From positions 43,400,001 through 43,464,000 of the forward strand of contig OX597837.1 in assembly GCA_951406725.2 (NCBI GenBank): a DNA stretch of 64,000 bases. The letters are read 5' to 3'. The notes beneath the pieces are model-generated. The model saw only the letters and a program-made list of their open reading frames with translations, was not told the origin of the DNA and searched no databases. Within the stretch, counting starts at the first letter, position 1; the number at the start of each line of letters is the position of its first letter. Position numbers and translations under genes: made by a program. This document shows, piece by piece, positions 1-15,260 of this stretch. The stretch is from Octopus vulgaris (taxonomy: Eukaryota).

Positions 1-12
1 TAAATATATATT

Positions 13-47
<35 letters not shown>

Positions 48-837
48 ATATATACGGTGAGTACTGTTTTATCTCATTCGTGGTATGCATTCCACGTACT
101 GTATATACTTATGCATGTATACACTAATGCATACAAACATGGATACATACATACATATACAGAAAACACATATATACACCTCCCCATATATATATATATG
201 TATGTATACTGCATCCATATACAAACACACCGTTAATCATAACATGCAAGCGCTTTGTAGTGAAACTTAACGAACATTTCAAAATAATATCAAATAGGAA
301 TTTTTCGGAACTCACTATGACATAATTAAAAAGCTGGTAGTACAATATTTAATGAGTTCTTCTCATTTCTACGTTTGATATGGAAACGGAATGGACAATT
401 TAATTATGTAATTAGCAGAATATATAAGAAAAAGAAAATACAATAAGGAACCAATTAAATATTTAAAATCATTGATTGATAATAGGTTTGGATCTAAACT
501 CCTTTGAATTTTTCCAAAAATGTGTAAGTAAATGAATACGTAGGAGGAAGAATTATAATGAATTTCATTTGGAAAAAAAAACATAAGCTAAAATCTTGCC
601 ATCATTCTGGTGCTATTTATGAAACTCGGTTTCGTTTACACCACACACACACAAACACAAACACAGATACATATATATATGACAGCGTATATGCGTGTGT
701 GTATACATGCACATATAACTAAACACGTACGTACAATTTACGAGGCAAATATATATATATATAGAGATTTACAGGCATATATGTGTGTATACGTACAAGC
801 ATGCACACACACACATACACAGATACACACACGCACG

Positions 838-873
<36 letters not shown>

Positions 874-1045
874 CACATATACATCTACATCAGAGACACA
901 CTGATTGGTAGATTGATGCCTTTGAAAAAATTTTAATTTGCCGTTTACCAGTACCGGTATATATAAGTATACATATACATACATACATATATATATATAT
1001 ATCAATCTATTTAACTATCTATCTATCCATCTATCAATCTATATA

Positions 1046-1144
<99 letters not shown>

Positions 1145-1145
1145 T

Positions 1146-1213
<68 letters not shown>

Positions 1214-1503
1214 TAAAGGCAATTCTGCATCATAGGGCTATGCTGGTTCTACACAGTCATAGTAACAAAACCCAGATGTTGGGTTCGACAGAGCTCGTTT
1301 CCAGATTCCGTGTTTCTGTAGTGCCAAGTTTTAAACGGAATTCTAGCGTAGCCGCCATTTGACCAATGATTTAAAAGTACGAGAAACGATGCAAATGTCC
1401 ATCAGTGTGAGCGAGCACACACACACACCCACTCGACAACGCTGACACAGGTGATCGACACATTTTAGTCACTAACAGGTGATGATAAATCTCCGTCATA
1501 TAC

Positions 1504-1534
<31 letters not shown>

Positions 1535-1625
1535 TGTATGTATGAATGTATGTATGTATGTATGTATGTATGTATGTATGTATGTATGTATGTGCACATA
1601 CATACATACATACAAGCATGCATAC

Positions 1626-1660
<35 letters not shown>

Positions 1661-1983
1661 CATACATACATACACGAAACATTCGAAGTATCAAGTCTTG
1701 TATTTGGCGTGGAAGACTATTTATCGAAAATACGATGAATACTCTCTCCAATTTTGGAGCTACAACTAGCAGCCTTGTTAAATAACTGGTTAATCTTCTT
1801 ATGAATTAACCGAGGGAGCCTTTCACTCACGAATGTAGCGATTTTCGACTGAAACTTGGATTCAGCGTGCAGAGAGTGACTACAAGCAACATGGCCGGAC
1901 ACAACATCAACAACAACACGATCGAGGAACAGAACAAAAGCAACAGCTCAACAGGTAAACAATTACTTCCTAGCTGTAGTTAG

Positions 1984-2375
1984 GTGGAGGCGTAATGGCC
2001 CATTGGTTAGGGCAGCGGACTCGCGATCGTAGGATCGCGGTTTCGATTCCCAGACCGGGCGTTGTGAGTGTTTATTGAGCGAATACACCTAAAAAGCTCC
2101 ACGAGGCTCCGGCAGGGGATGGTGGTGATCCCTGCTGTACTCTTTCACCACAACTTTCTCTCACTCTCACTCTTCCTGTTTCTGTTGTACCTGTATTTCA
2201 AAGGGCCGGCCTTGTCACTCTCTGTGTCACGCTGAATATCCCCGAGAACTACGTTAAGGGTACACGTGTCTGTGGAGTGCTCAGCCACTTACACGTTAAT
2301 TTCACGAGCAGGCTGTTCCGTTGATTCGGATCAACCGGAACCCTCGTCGTCGTAACCGACGGAGTGCTTCCATCC
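1984..2375 (+). mobile_element. tRNA-derived SINE, family A, full length with 12-bp TSD
   Basis: tRNA-like head (box A TGGCCCATTGG, box B-like GGTTTCGATTCCC); near-identical copies at 23996, 31548 and 63703; TSD AGCTGTAGTTAG at 1972-1983 and 2376-2387. Confidence 0.92.
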
Positions 2376-2419
2376 AGCTGTAGTTAGAGAAGAAACCATA
2401 ACTAAAAACTCATTTCTCT

Positions 2420-2575
2420 CGGAGTTATGAATTGAATAATGATCTATTTAACTGCTCCGAAAAGAGCGATACAAAACCCCGCTGTTGGTTATATGAATCG
2501 ATTGAAATCATATTGGGACGATCTGCATCCAGAATCAAATCATTTTACTGCAAAGCAACTACGCCGACATGTAAT
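2420..2575 (+). pseudogene. Decayed N-terminal fragment of a retroelement ORF
   Basis: Frameshifted translation ...YELNNDLFNC.../GYMNRLKSYWDDLHPESNHFTAKQLRRHV resembles, from memory, N-terminal regions of invertebrate retroelement proteins; lies upstream of the RT fragment at 3365 on the same strand. Confidence 0.35.
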
Positions 2576-2793
2576 ATTTTTTAGAACACTGAAAGAAGCT
2601 TAGTAGCTGTAACTTTATTAAGTAATCGAAAATTAATCTTGTTCCCAACTCTATAAACAAAAAAAAACAACGTAAAGGTGAATGATATAAGACTACCACG
2701 TGGTTTCGCAGGTAGTGCCAGCCAAACTACATTACTGGCTCCTCCTACTACGACTATGGTAAATAGCAGGCACAACCGGAACGATAATTGTAA

Positions 2794-2857
<64 letters not shown>

Positions 2858-3364
2858 TGTACTAGTAGTAGTAGTAGTAGTACTAGTAGTAGTTGTAGTC
2901 AGGATTATATGCCAATGAAATGTGCCCTTACTGAAACTTTCCGAGAAAAATTATCTCAGACTAGCACTATGAGCCGGCAAAGCCGGGTCATAGTGCTAGT
3001 GGATTCATATACAGCTGCGTGCGTGCGTACATACACGCGAGTACTGTCCAAGTCTCCGACCAATCACATACAGCTAGCTGGCATTCAATTGGCGTATCAC
3101 GTTTCGGGCATTTTGATTGGGTTTTGGATAGAAAATTCACAAAAAAGTCACTTCTATTGATTTTGTAATGGCTTTGCAGGGTGACTGGGGAAATGTAAAG
3201 ATATGCACGACCATCCTTGGACGGTTTTGAATGACCATAGAAAGTACGATCCCTCAAACTGAAAAATTGTGGATTTGTATAAAGGACACACACAGACAGG
3301 CAGACATTTTGCCGTTTATATATGTAGAGATAATCTTACATCGAGAGCTTACGCATTTGACAGA

Positions 3365-3565
3365 GGCCTGTATGGAGATGATGGCCTCGTTATTTCTAAT
3401 GACAAAACTGACATAATCTGGATTAAAATATAAGAAGGAGTAATTAGCAACTTTAATGAACTAGAACTTAATAATATCACTCTAATTATAAACATAACGA
3501 CAGTTAACAACCCGGTCGTTACCTTAGACCTCAGCTCGTGTAAATACAAACCGCACAAGGAGTGG
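3365..3565 (+). pseudogene. Penelope-like element RT fragment (GLYRDDGL-type), degraded
   Basis: Single frame: GLYGDDGLVISNDKTDIIWIKI*EGVISNFNELELNNITLIINITTVNNPVVTLDLSSCKYKPHK; fits the PLE RT pattern GLYRDDGL...ITI...V.FLDVTLDL...YKPY; one internal stop. Confidence 0.7.
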
Positions 3566-4093
3566 CATGAAAATTCCATTTGCGTTGACATTTTAAGCAT
3601 CTCGTCCGCGATACTGAGGTCATAAATTTTAAAGAGATCAGGTGTATGTCATCAAAGAAGGGATCAATATTTCGATTATTTGGGTCTGATTCAACATGAG
3701 CGCAGTCGTTAATCAATTATGCTCTCTCCACCTTCTCCAGATGATGTAGATATCATTACCATGCTCCTCCTCCTTCATCTCTTCCTTCTCGTCGTCCTCC
3801 TCCTCCTTCTTCTCGTAATCGTCATCATCATGGCCGTCGTCATCGTCTTCGTCGTCATCATCAAAATCACCACCACCAACACCAACAACAACAACAACAA
3901 TAATAACAACTACTACTACTTCTACATCACTACAACAGAGAGCAGCACCACTTCCACCACCACCGTGACCACCACCACCACCACCAACAACAACAACAAC
4001 GTTACTACAACAATCAGCATCCCCAGCACCACTATCACCATCATCAACGCCACCACTACCACCACCACCACCACCACCACCACCACCATCACT

Positions 4094-4166
4094 TATTTCT
4101 TTACTACCCACAAGGGGCTAAACACAGAGAGGATAAACAAGAACAGACAAAGGGATTCAGTCGATA
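4094..4166 (-). mobile_element. SINE family B, 3' fragment
   Basis: Reverse complement of the family B tail (TGTGTTTAGCCCCTTGTGGGTAGTAAAGAAATA). Confidence 0.85.
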
Positions 4167-4277
4167 ACATAGGGCAGAAAATAGGGCTCTATGAGGAACT
4201 TTTTATCGCAGTAAAGAAACGCAAGCTCAGGTGGATTAGGTATGTCACCATCTCATCAGGGATGGCCAAAACAATAT
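4167..4277 (+). pseudogene. RTE-clade LINE ORF C-terminal fragment
   Basis: IGQKIGLYEELFIAVKKRKLRWIRYVTISSGMAKTI matches the RTE C-terminal motif IG.YEDLL..VKKRKLRWYGHV.RSSGLAKTI. Confidence 0.75.
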
Positions 4278-4667
4278 ATATATAGTTGAAAATATGTGGA
4301 AAAATATAAAAAGTGGAAGAGAAATGCCTTCGTTTCATATAGTTTAATATCATTTTATAAATATATACAATGGCGGTGCCCCAGCATGGCCACAGCTCAT
4401 GAGCTGAAACTAGAATCAATCAATCAATCATATATGGAAGTCGTGAAATCTAACTGGGATGTTTCTTACTGGTGTTTCCTGTTATTGGGTGGTGATATCA
4501 GATATTTCCTATTAATGAGGGAGTCCTATTGTAAGGTTGGTGGGTGTTGATTTCCCAGTGGTGGGGTAGTTTTGTGTGTCTGTGTTGGAAGTTTGATCTG
4601 GGTGCACAATTATTGGTTTCTGTGAATGTAATTGTTTTGAATTTTTCTTTTTAAAAAAGGGGATGTC

Positions 4668-5410
4668 TGAGGTGTAGTCTTAGTGGTTCAGGTATTCATC
4701 TCACGAAAGGCGGCGAGTTGGCAGAAAAGTTAGCACTCCGAGCGAAATGCTTAACGGTATTTCATCTGCCGTTACGTTGTGAGTTCAAAATCCGCCGAGG
4801 TCGACTTTACCTTTCATCCTTTCGGGGTCGATAACTTAAGTACCAGTTACGCACTGAGGTCGATGTAATCGACTTAATACCTATGTCTGTCCTTGTTTAT
4901 CCCCTCTGTGTTTAGCCCCTTGTGGGTAATAAAGAAATAGGTATTTCGTCTGCCGTTACGTTGTGAGTTCAAAATCCGCCGAGGTCGACTTTACCTTTCA
5001 TCCTTTCGGGGTCGATAAATTAAGTACCAGTTACGCACTGAGGTCGATGTAATCGACTTAATACCTATGTCTGTCCTTGTTTATCCCCTCTATGTTTAGC
5101 CCTTTGTGGGCAGTAAAGAAATAGGTATTCATCTCACCATCGTGAGTTCAATTCCCGACGACGTGTTGTTTCCTTGAGCAAGAGACTTTATTTCACGTTC
5201 CTCCAGTCCGCTCAGGTGGCAAAAACGAGTAGAACCTGTATTTCAAAAGGGCCAGCCTAGTCACATTCAGTGTCACGCTGAAGTTCCCAATGAACTACCT
5301 TAAGGATACGCGTACATGTGGAATGCTCAGCCACTTGCATGTTAGTTTCACGAGCAGGCTGTTCTGTTGATCAGATCAACTGGAACCCCTTGTTGTGAGC
5401 GACGGCGTAC
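4668..5410 (+). mobile_element. Older family A-related SINE interrupted by the family B dimer
   Basis: Box A remnant (TAGTGGTT) lies before the B insertion; box B remnant (GAGTTCAATTCCC) and a diverged family A tail (CCTGTATTTCAAAAGGGCCAGCC...CACGAGCAGGCTGTTC) lie after it. Confidence 0.7.
4706..5122 (+). mobile_element. SINE family B, head + two tandem ~182-bp bodies, 15-bp TSD
   Basis: Head AAGGCGGCGAGTTGGCAGAA; body repeated with junction AAAGAAATAG|GTATTTCGTC; TSD AGGTATTCATCTCAC at 4690-4704 and 5123-5137. Confidence 0.9.
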
Positions 5411-5430
5411 CAGTATATATATATATATAT

Positions 5431-5476
<46 letters not shown>

Positions 5477-5504
5477 CTATATTTATCTGAATATTTCTAC
5501 ATAC

Positions 5505-5537
<33 letters not shown>

Positions 5538-5758
5538 AATGTGTACAATGCCAACTGCGATTTGTACAGTAGCTTACATCGCTTTCACAATACACACACA
5601 CACACACTCACACATATACATGCCTACATATGTATAAAAATGTATAAATACACACCGGAACTCTTTCATAAGTGTATTCACACACACACACACACACATA
5701 CATACATCCACAAATATATATATATATATATACATACATAATATATATATATGTATAT

Positions 5759-5849
<91 letters not shown>

Positions 5850-6487
5850 AACATCAGCCAAGGTTTTTTTCCAATATTATCGCTCAGTAGAAGTGTAGTA
5901 ATTAATAGAAAGCTTTCGAAACTAGACGAATGATAAGACAAAATGAAAAAACAAAACTATGAAAGGCGTGTATTTCGTGTACATTTTCCTTGAATTTGTA
6001 TTTTCGATTATGTATGTTTGCGCATGCGCAAATGTGTGCGGCTTTGCGCGCTTGTGTCAGTAGGTGTGCATGTAAATTTCTGGCTGCGAGCAGTTACCAA
6101 GGTGAATTTCAGGAACGATAGCCAAACAGCAATGCCAGGAAGGATTGTCGTGTGCGGACATGACTCGGTGTAATATATCCAAGACCTTTTAAGAAAACAG
6201 AAAAATCGCAATAAGCCAAATTCTCGTAATAAATGGATTCGAAAAGGCTTAAATAAACACATAGAACAAGACCTACACGTATGTACATAAAATTTTCGTG
6301 CATACAAACACACACACACACGCAGAGGCACAAACGCAAGTGAACAAAACACAGACAGGCGCAAAGACACACGAATGACACATCAATCTCTAATGAAATC
6401 AGAGTTAGATTAAGACTCCGTTCCTTGCATCTTATCGGTGTTAGATTTGAAATGCATGCAGGCATGTGCTTAAGAGTGAGTTCATGC

Positions 6488-6526
<39 letters not shown>

Positions 6527-6564
6527 TATATATGCATAAGTATTTACCTATCTATCTATCTCTG

Positions 6565-6686
<122 letters not shown>

Positions 6687-7300
6687 GTGTGTGTGCGCGC
6701 AAGCGAGAGTGTGTATATATGTGAACAAAGTGATAGTAATTGAAAACTCTCTCTCCAATATACATACAAAACATACAACATAAACACATATGTATATACA
6801 CGTATGTGTGTATATATACTTATATATATATATATATATATATACGTATATTTATATATGTGTGTATGTATATATATATTTATATATGTGTGTATGTATA
6901 TATATATTTATATGTACATGTAAGGATATATATATGTATATACATATATATACATAATTATAAATATAATATATTACACACATACATACGTACATACATA
7001 CACACACTTACATCCGTATGTCCATTGTGGATGTAAATATGTTTGTGCTTTACACTTACATAATAGAAACGAACGCATACACATAGTCACACACACATAC
7101 ACTCACACACACACATACACTCACACACACACATACACACATGCACGTCCATGCGCATACATATTGAATATTTGTAAATAATCAAACGAAATCAAATTAT
7201 TTACCGTAGAAAATCCATTCCCGAGTGAAGCCCGCTTGTGCAGATTACGGTCTATAGAAATGGTACGAAAACAACAAGAACGACAGCATCAACATCGATT

Positions 7301-8436
<1,136 letters not shown>

Positions 8437-8804
8437 TAAAAATCGTGCTACTGATGTGTTCTATGAAGACCAACAATAATATCTCATTGCTGCCGGGGTG
8501 AGAAGATCTCACCAGAAATTGAATTTACTAAAGGATTGCCAAATGTTGTTAGGACACACGTTGGTTGAAAAATGTATATACACTGAGAAAGAGAGAGAAG
8601 AGTAAACGCACTGAGGAATTATGCATAGGTATGCATGTACGCATAGAGACGAACGTACAGGTGTGTGTACTGGTAGATAGCCGGAATCCTCGAAGGAATT
8701 CTATGCGAGCGTATAGGGAAGGCGTGTTTGCAGTATCGATATATGGGTGTATGAGTCGATATGCTCGTGTATGTGTGTTGTGTGTGTGTGCATTTGTGTG
8801 TCTA

Positions 8805-8904
<100 letters not shown>

Positions 8905-10382
8905 CATACATACACACACACATATATATATACACATATGTATATATAGAGAGATCAATAAATATATATGTATATATTTATATACGAATATATATATGTA
9001 TGTATATATATTTGTATACATATGTACGTATATATTTAATACGTACTTATATATATATATACAAATACATATATATATTCGTATATACATATACATATAT
9101 ATTTGTTTATGTATATATAGAGAGATAAGTAAATAAATAAATATATATGTATGTATGAATATATATTTGTATATAAATGTATATATAAATTTAATACACA
9201 TATATACATACATACACACACACACACACGCACACATACACACTCTTTCACTTGTTGCCACATACAAGTACACATGCAACACACGCCACAAGCACCTACT
9301 ACGTAAGTTCTTTTATTTGTTTAGTGGTGAAAAAGAGAAATCTAGGATTCTTTAAAATATTTCGCCTTGGGATGTCATTTGCAGATAAAAAAAAAATACC
9401 TTCTTCAGAGTTGCCAAAAGTATAGCAGCCAAGCCTTTTTCCCTCCTATTGATTACGTTTCATAAAGATTCACCTGTCAACGTGTCCAATGGGAAATCTG
9501 ATGATTAATACGTATGTCGAAGTTTGGACACCAGATAACGGCGGTTTGGTTGTGCAGTTTGGGTGACGACAATGGCAAAGTCCCCGGCGATGACGATAAT
9601 GATGATGATGTTAAGTGGCGTAGCGATTGTTATGGTGGTTTGAGAAGTGGCTATTGTAATGATATTCGAAGTAGAAGATAAGGAAGCGATAAAACTAGCA
9701 AAGAATATAAACATATAAGATTATTAAAGAATTAGAGAATAAATCATTCTAGGAATTACTCAGAGATGCCATCTTCAGAAACAGATAATAGTTAAGTTCA
9801 TTTCAGTACTAGATCTAAAGTGAATATTAAACTATGAAACCGATATAAGCGTATGTTCGTGAATATAAATGTTTGTTAATGCCTAAACTTTATTTAAACT
9901 TTTTCACTCAGCATGAACGGGGGATAACTCTAGATTTGACTTTGTCTTCTTATGAGTTAATCAGAGAGATATAAAACCCACCCAACGCGGAAGAGAAAAG
10001 AAATAAGATATCTCAAAACTTTTCTGGCCTGAGCTATTTCCGTTTACTTTCAATGCTTCAGTATACAATATGTGTGACTATGCAGGCATATGTGCTTGAA
10101 TGTGAGCATGTATGTATGTGTGAGTGTATATATTTATATATATATAAATCTAGGATTTCATTATAGGGTCAACTCTTCTGCCAAACGATCGTAAGATGCT
10201 TAAATAATTAATTCAAAACTTTTAAACTATCAAATTCATTTTATACATTATACTTATATTTTTATATTTATTTATTTTATATATTTTTTAATACAATAAG
10301 TTCTTTCACATGGGTATATCTTTATGATGAGTTTGGATATTAATTTCCTTACATTAATAATAATAATATATTATTAATATAT

Positions 10383-10791
10383 CAGGAGTGGCTGTGTGGT
10401 AAGTAGCTTGCTAACCAACCACATGGTTCCGGGTTCAGTCCCACTGCGTGGCATCTTGGGCAAGTGTCTTCTGCTATAGCCTCGGGCCGACCAATGCCTT
10501 GTGAGTGGATTTGGTAGACGGAAACTGAAAAGAAGCCTGTCGTATATATGTATATATATATATGTATGTATGTGTGTGTTTGTGTGTCTGTGTTTGTACC
10601 CCTAGCATTGCTTGACAACCGATGCTGGTGTGTTTACATCCCCGTCACTTAGCGGTTCGGCAAAAGAGACCGATAGAATAAGTACTGGGCTTACAAAGAA
10701 TAAGTTCCGGGGTCGATTTGCTCGACTAAAAGGTGGTGCTCCAGCATGGCCGCAGTCAAATGACTGAAACAAATAAAAGAGTAAAAGAGTA
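10383..10791 (+). mobile_element. tRNA-derived SINE family C with internal (TA)/(TG) microsatellite, full length
   Basis: Box A TGGCTGTGTGG, box B GGTTCAGTCCC, CORE-like CTTGGGCAAGTG, tail (TAAAAGAG)n; near-identical inverted copy at 33169-33572. Confidence 0.9.
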
Positions 10792-10799
10792 TATATAAT

Positions 10800-10960
10800 T
10801 TCAGCAAAACAATTTAGATTCAAATGAATATGGTACTTAACTTAGATGCACCAGAATTTTTTTATGGTATTACCCATAAAATTACGTGGGGTGATTATAA
10901 CCAAAAAATAAGCAACAAGAATGGATCGGTAGTTTAGTACAACTGTTTCATACTATAACA
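10800..10960 (-). mobile_element. Dispersed repeat also present inverted at 34226-34410; Penelope-terminus-like
   Basis: GGTACTTAACTTAGATGCACCAGAA...GCAACAAGAATGGAT...AGTACAACTGTTTCATAC matches the reverse complement of 34240-34410; carries a GAAAC..GTA hammerhead half. Confidence 0.6.
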
Positions 10961-12066
10961 ATTTATTAAAGCTGCAAATATTACAGCAAATATAATGTTA
11001 AGTAATCTTCAGCTAATTTCATATAGGTTTTCCAAACATCTTAGAGAGTGTAAATATACTTATAAAGTTATAGATGTGAGCTCCAGGAACTTGAAGCAAG
11101 ATTCCAAGCAGGCCATATATGCTTTCCAACAATACACACCTTCCTTCCAAGCACTGCTATACACAGCGGAAGTGAGCTAGAACGTTAAAACTTAGTGCAC
11201 ATGCACAGTAGAGTTCAAGGGCATTCTATGCCAAGCGGCTTTACTCTGTATGCTATAACTTCGTTACTATGGCAACGTTCTGGAGAGTTATTGATCAGAC
11301 CATGCATTTTATTTAATCGTCATAACAACTCTGTGTGTATGCATGTGTGTGTGTGTGTGTGTGTTTGAGTGTGTCTCTGCATGTGTATGTGTACAGTGTG
11401 TATGTGGGTGTGTCTGTGTGTGGGTGTTGAGTTCAGAAATTGCACATTAGCGTTAAGATAATAGTAATACAAGTGGTGATGTCATAACCCGGATATCGCA
11501 GTCTCTGTCAAATGGACAGAAACTGATATTCGAAATTGAAGGTTTAACGGAGCTACACGCTATAATTAATTAAATCCATTACAAAATAGGTAAGAATTAC
11601 GGCGCTGAACTAATTAATTCTTAACCTAAACAGAACATATTACAAATCCGCCAAATATCAGATCACAGGATCATCATGGTTTCTGTTGGCGTGACTATTA
11701 TGTTTCAGCAATCTGATGAGTCGGCTTTCTTCATTTGCATTTATGAAAATACAATTTTATTGCATAATGCTAAATATAACATATTAAAGTAAGCATGTAA
11801 GTCTGATGTCTTCCATAGTGAAATTAATATCACATGAAGAAGGTCGCAAAACGGTCGTTATCCCAGCGAAATCACATGGTTAAATAAATATATATTCACC
11901 TCTCATACCTCCTGACTTCATGGTCTTAAATACTTCTAGTGAAACAATTTCATCGGCCTGGAAATTCAGTTACATGGACATTGTACAACACAGGATAACC
12001 GAGTCCGTAAGAAGAGCTTTCTATGACATTCACACAATTTCCTGAATCCAACACACAAATTATACT

Positions 12067-12146
<80 letters not shown>

Positions 12147-12148
<2 letters not shown>

Positions 12149-12319
12149 GAGAGTTTACGAAAAAAACAAAAGACGAAGACAGGTGGTGTATAAAACAAAC
12201 ATATGTATTAGTATAACGCTCAGGAATAGAAAACGTCTTTTACGTTTCGAGCCTACGCTCTTTTACAGAAAGGGACACAGAAAAAACAAGTAGAGAAACA
12301 AGGAGAGAAAAAAGGAGAG

Positions 12320-12322
<3 letters not shown>
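12147..12322 (-). mobile_element. Short Penelope-terminus-like repeat (family P1) with minimal hammerhead motif, between (TA)n tracts
   Basis: Same repeat at 29069-29325 and 48152-48341; minus strand CTTT-CTGTAAAA-GAGC-GTAG-GCTC-GAAAC-GTA-AAAG at 12237-12272. Confidence 0.7.
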
Positions 12323-12387
<65 letters not shown>

Positions 12388-12699
12388 AAAGGATGTTTTA
12401 TAATACTATTCCACACCAATCCCAACAATCCAACATACCTATTTATATATACACATATATACAGGCATATTATATCTATAGACCTGTATACACATTCAAA
12501 CATTTATACAGATATAAGTGTGTGGGTGGGTTTGCACTAATCTCTACTAATTTTCTTGCATCATCCTTACGCGTTTCGAAACTTATCGTATAATATTGTG
12601 CAAGAGATAAATCAGAGAATAGGAGTTTCATACGTTTGGCTCGTTTTGATTAACTTTGTTCTCATACTATCTATATATATATATATATATTTGTATATA

Positions 12700-12750
<51 letters not shown>

Positions 12751-12901
12751 ATATATATATATATATATATTGTATATATGTATATATGTATATATATATG
12801 TATATACATATATATGTATATATAAACCTATATATCAAAGTATAAAGTATATATATATATATATATATATATATCGTATATATATATGTATATATATATA
12901 C

Positions 12902-12959
<58 letters not shown>

Positions 12960-12997
12960 ATAATGTATATATATATATGTGTATATATATATATAAA

Positions 12998-13066
<69 letters not shown>

Positions 13067-13590
13067 TATATCTCGGTTATCTTTCATATTCGCGCTCGAA
13101 CCGATTTATTCGTAGAAAACCGCTGGAGAAATAACTATCAAACTGCTACACTAATATAAATTCTCTTTTTTTTTTTTCAATAAATGCAAAATTCGACAAG
13201 AGCTTTCATATATTAAAGAAAACAAAATTTTTGTATCGTACCATATATTAGAACGTATCCTGATTTATGACAATTGTGTCACGGTATATGTGGCCCTCTC
13301 TAGGTTTATGTATCTATATATATATTTCACTGAGTAATATCATTCAAACGTTGAATGTAATATCATTTTTCTATGATGTTTCTAACAATATCATATTTTC
13401 TGTTCTATTTATAAGCATTCCATGCTGTCGTTGCAATATATGTATCGTTTGGTTTACAATACTATCATTCTGTTTTGGATATTATAATGCTTATTATAAC
13501 TTACTGTATTGCCAACAGTATAACGTTCACATATAAATCTGCTTGCTGGCAGACGTGCAAGAATAAAAGATTAAAAGATACAGATTTATG

Positions 13591-14160
13591 TCTGGTATAT
13601 CGTTTCTCACAGACTTTGAAGCAATGGTAAAATAAACTTGACTATGTAACCATGTTTGGTGTATCATTTCTCACAGACTTTGAAGCAATGGTAAAGTAAA
13701 CCTGACTACGTAACCATGTTTGGTGTATCATTTCGCACAGACTTTGAAGCAATGGTAAAGTAAACCTGACAATGTAACCATGTTTGGTGTATCATTTCTC
13801 ACAGACTTTGAAGCAATGGTAAAATAAACTTGACTATGTAACCATGTTTGGTGTATCATTTCTCACTGACTTTGAAGCAATGGTAAAGTAAACCTGACTA
13901 TGTAACCATGTTTGGTGTATCATTTCTCACAGGCTTTGAAACAATGGTAAAGTAAACCTGACTATGTAACCATGTTTGGTGCATCATTTCTCACAGACTT
14001 TGAAGCAATGGTAAAATAAACCTGACTATGTAACCATGTTTGGTGTATCATTTCTCACAGACTTTGAAGCAATGGTAAAGTAAACCTGACTATGTAACCA
14101 TTTTTGGTGTATCATTTCTCAAAGACTTTGAAGCAATGGTAAAGTCCTGACTATGTAACC
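13591..14160. repeat. Minisatellite, 64-bp unit, ~9 copies
   Basis: Unit TATCATTTCTCACAGACTTTGAAGCAATGGTAAAGTAAACCTGACTATGTAACCATGTTTGGTG; anchor recurs every 64 bp from 13611 to 14123. Confidence 0.97.
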
Positions 14161-14253
14161 GTGTTCGCATACAGAAAATATTTAAAAGTCGACTAGAAAT
14201 TAATAAGTGCGAAGGGAAAAAGAAAACTTGTCAAAACATAACAATATTTACAA

Positions 14254-14300
14254 TTTTTGCGGGTACATCTTTCAGCCTCATTGCGACCTCATCAGCAAAG
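14254..14300 (-). ncRNA. Degenerate hammerhead ribozyme motif
   Basis: Minus: CTTTG-CTGATGA-GGTC-GCAATGA-GGCT-GAAA-GATG-TA; both core boxes present, stem II has wobble pairs, stem I poorly supported. Confidence 0.4.
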
Positions 14301-14455
14301 AATAAATATTTTTTATCGGATATACTGAATAAATCTTTCGATAGGATGTCTCATGATACCTCTTCCAGGTCTCTGCGTACTGAGATCAAATATTAATGAC
14401 ATCAGCTTTTCTATTTTATTTTTTCAGGTCTGATGACAGTCTACCAATCAAGGAC

Positions 14456-14509
<54 letters not shown>

Positions 14510-14702
14510 TTTGGTAGTAATGACTTTGTCCCTCTTAGTGTGAGGCATTTATGTGTATTAATGCCCTCTATACAATATAGATATAATTAATTTGTTCAAA
14601 AGAAAAAAGTTATTTTCGAATTCTTTTCTTTTATGAGGTTTTCACGCTAACTACCTGATAATTTCTTGTTAAGATTCCTTATTAAGAAGTTATCCTTAAT
14701 TG

Positions 14703-14784
<82 letters not shown>

Positions 14785-14785
<1 letters not shown>

Positions 14786-14950
14786 CACCTTGATCATCTT
14801 GACCGACCAGGCTATCAGATGTTGCTACACATCGCTGATCACAATGCGCTTCGCATTGTTTTAGCCTTCAAATGACGTCACTCCGCTGGCTGAGCGAGCA
14901 GGCCAACAGAAGAAAGAGTGAGAGAAAGTTGTGGCGAAAGAGTACAGCAC
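14785..14950 (-). mobile_element. SINE family E (A-type core with alternative tail), 3' part
   Basis: Shares GCTGTACTCTTTCGCCACAACTTTCTCTCACTC with family A; tail shared with 20263-20538. Confidence 0.8.
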
Positions 14951-14968
14951 ACACACACACGCACGCAT

Positions 14969-15013
<45 letters not shown>

Positions 15014-15040
15014 CACACCACACACACACACACACACACG

Positions 15041-15070
<30 letters not shown>

Positions 15071-15076
<6 letters not shown>

Positions 15077-15260
15077 TAATCCAAACATGAAAACACAACA
15101 ACGCGAGGACGTGAAACAAATATAGTATTATTTGATGCTCAGGAAGGAAGGGAAGAAGGAGGGTTTCACCTTTCGAGCGGAACTCTTCGTCAGAAACATA
15201 GGAAAAGGAAAGATCCAGAGATGGGAAGGCGGAGGAAAAAAATCGCCAACTGTACACACA
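15071..15260 (-). mobile_element. Short Penelope-terminus-like repeat (P2) with minimal hammerhead motif
   Basis: Minus 15163-15197: GTTT-CTGACGA-A-GAG-TTCCG-CTC-GAAA-GGTG-AAAC; adjacent to (TA)n; similar layout to 20881-21050. Confidence 0.6.

Noticed and set aside
1984-2060. Functional tRNA genes at SINE heads
   Set aside because: No complete cloverleaf or acceptor stem; each continues into a shared SINE body, often bounded by TSDs
4795-4875. Ribozyme inside the family B SINE body (which would make the tandem units retrozymes)
   Set aside because: No CUGANGA box on either strand; only GTCGA-based hairpins are seen
13591-14160. CRISPR-like array
   Set aside because: Units are contiguous near-identical 64-mers with no unique spacers, there are no cas genes, and the context is eukaryotic
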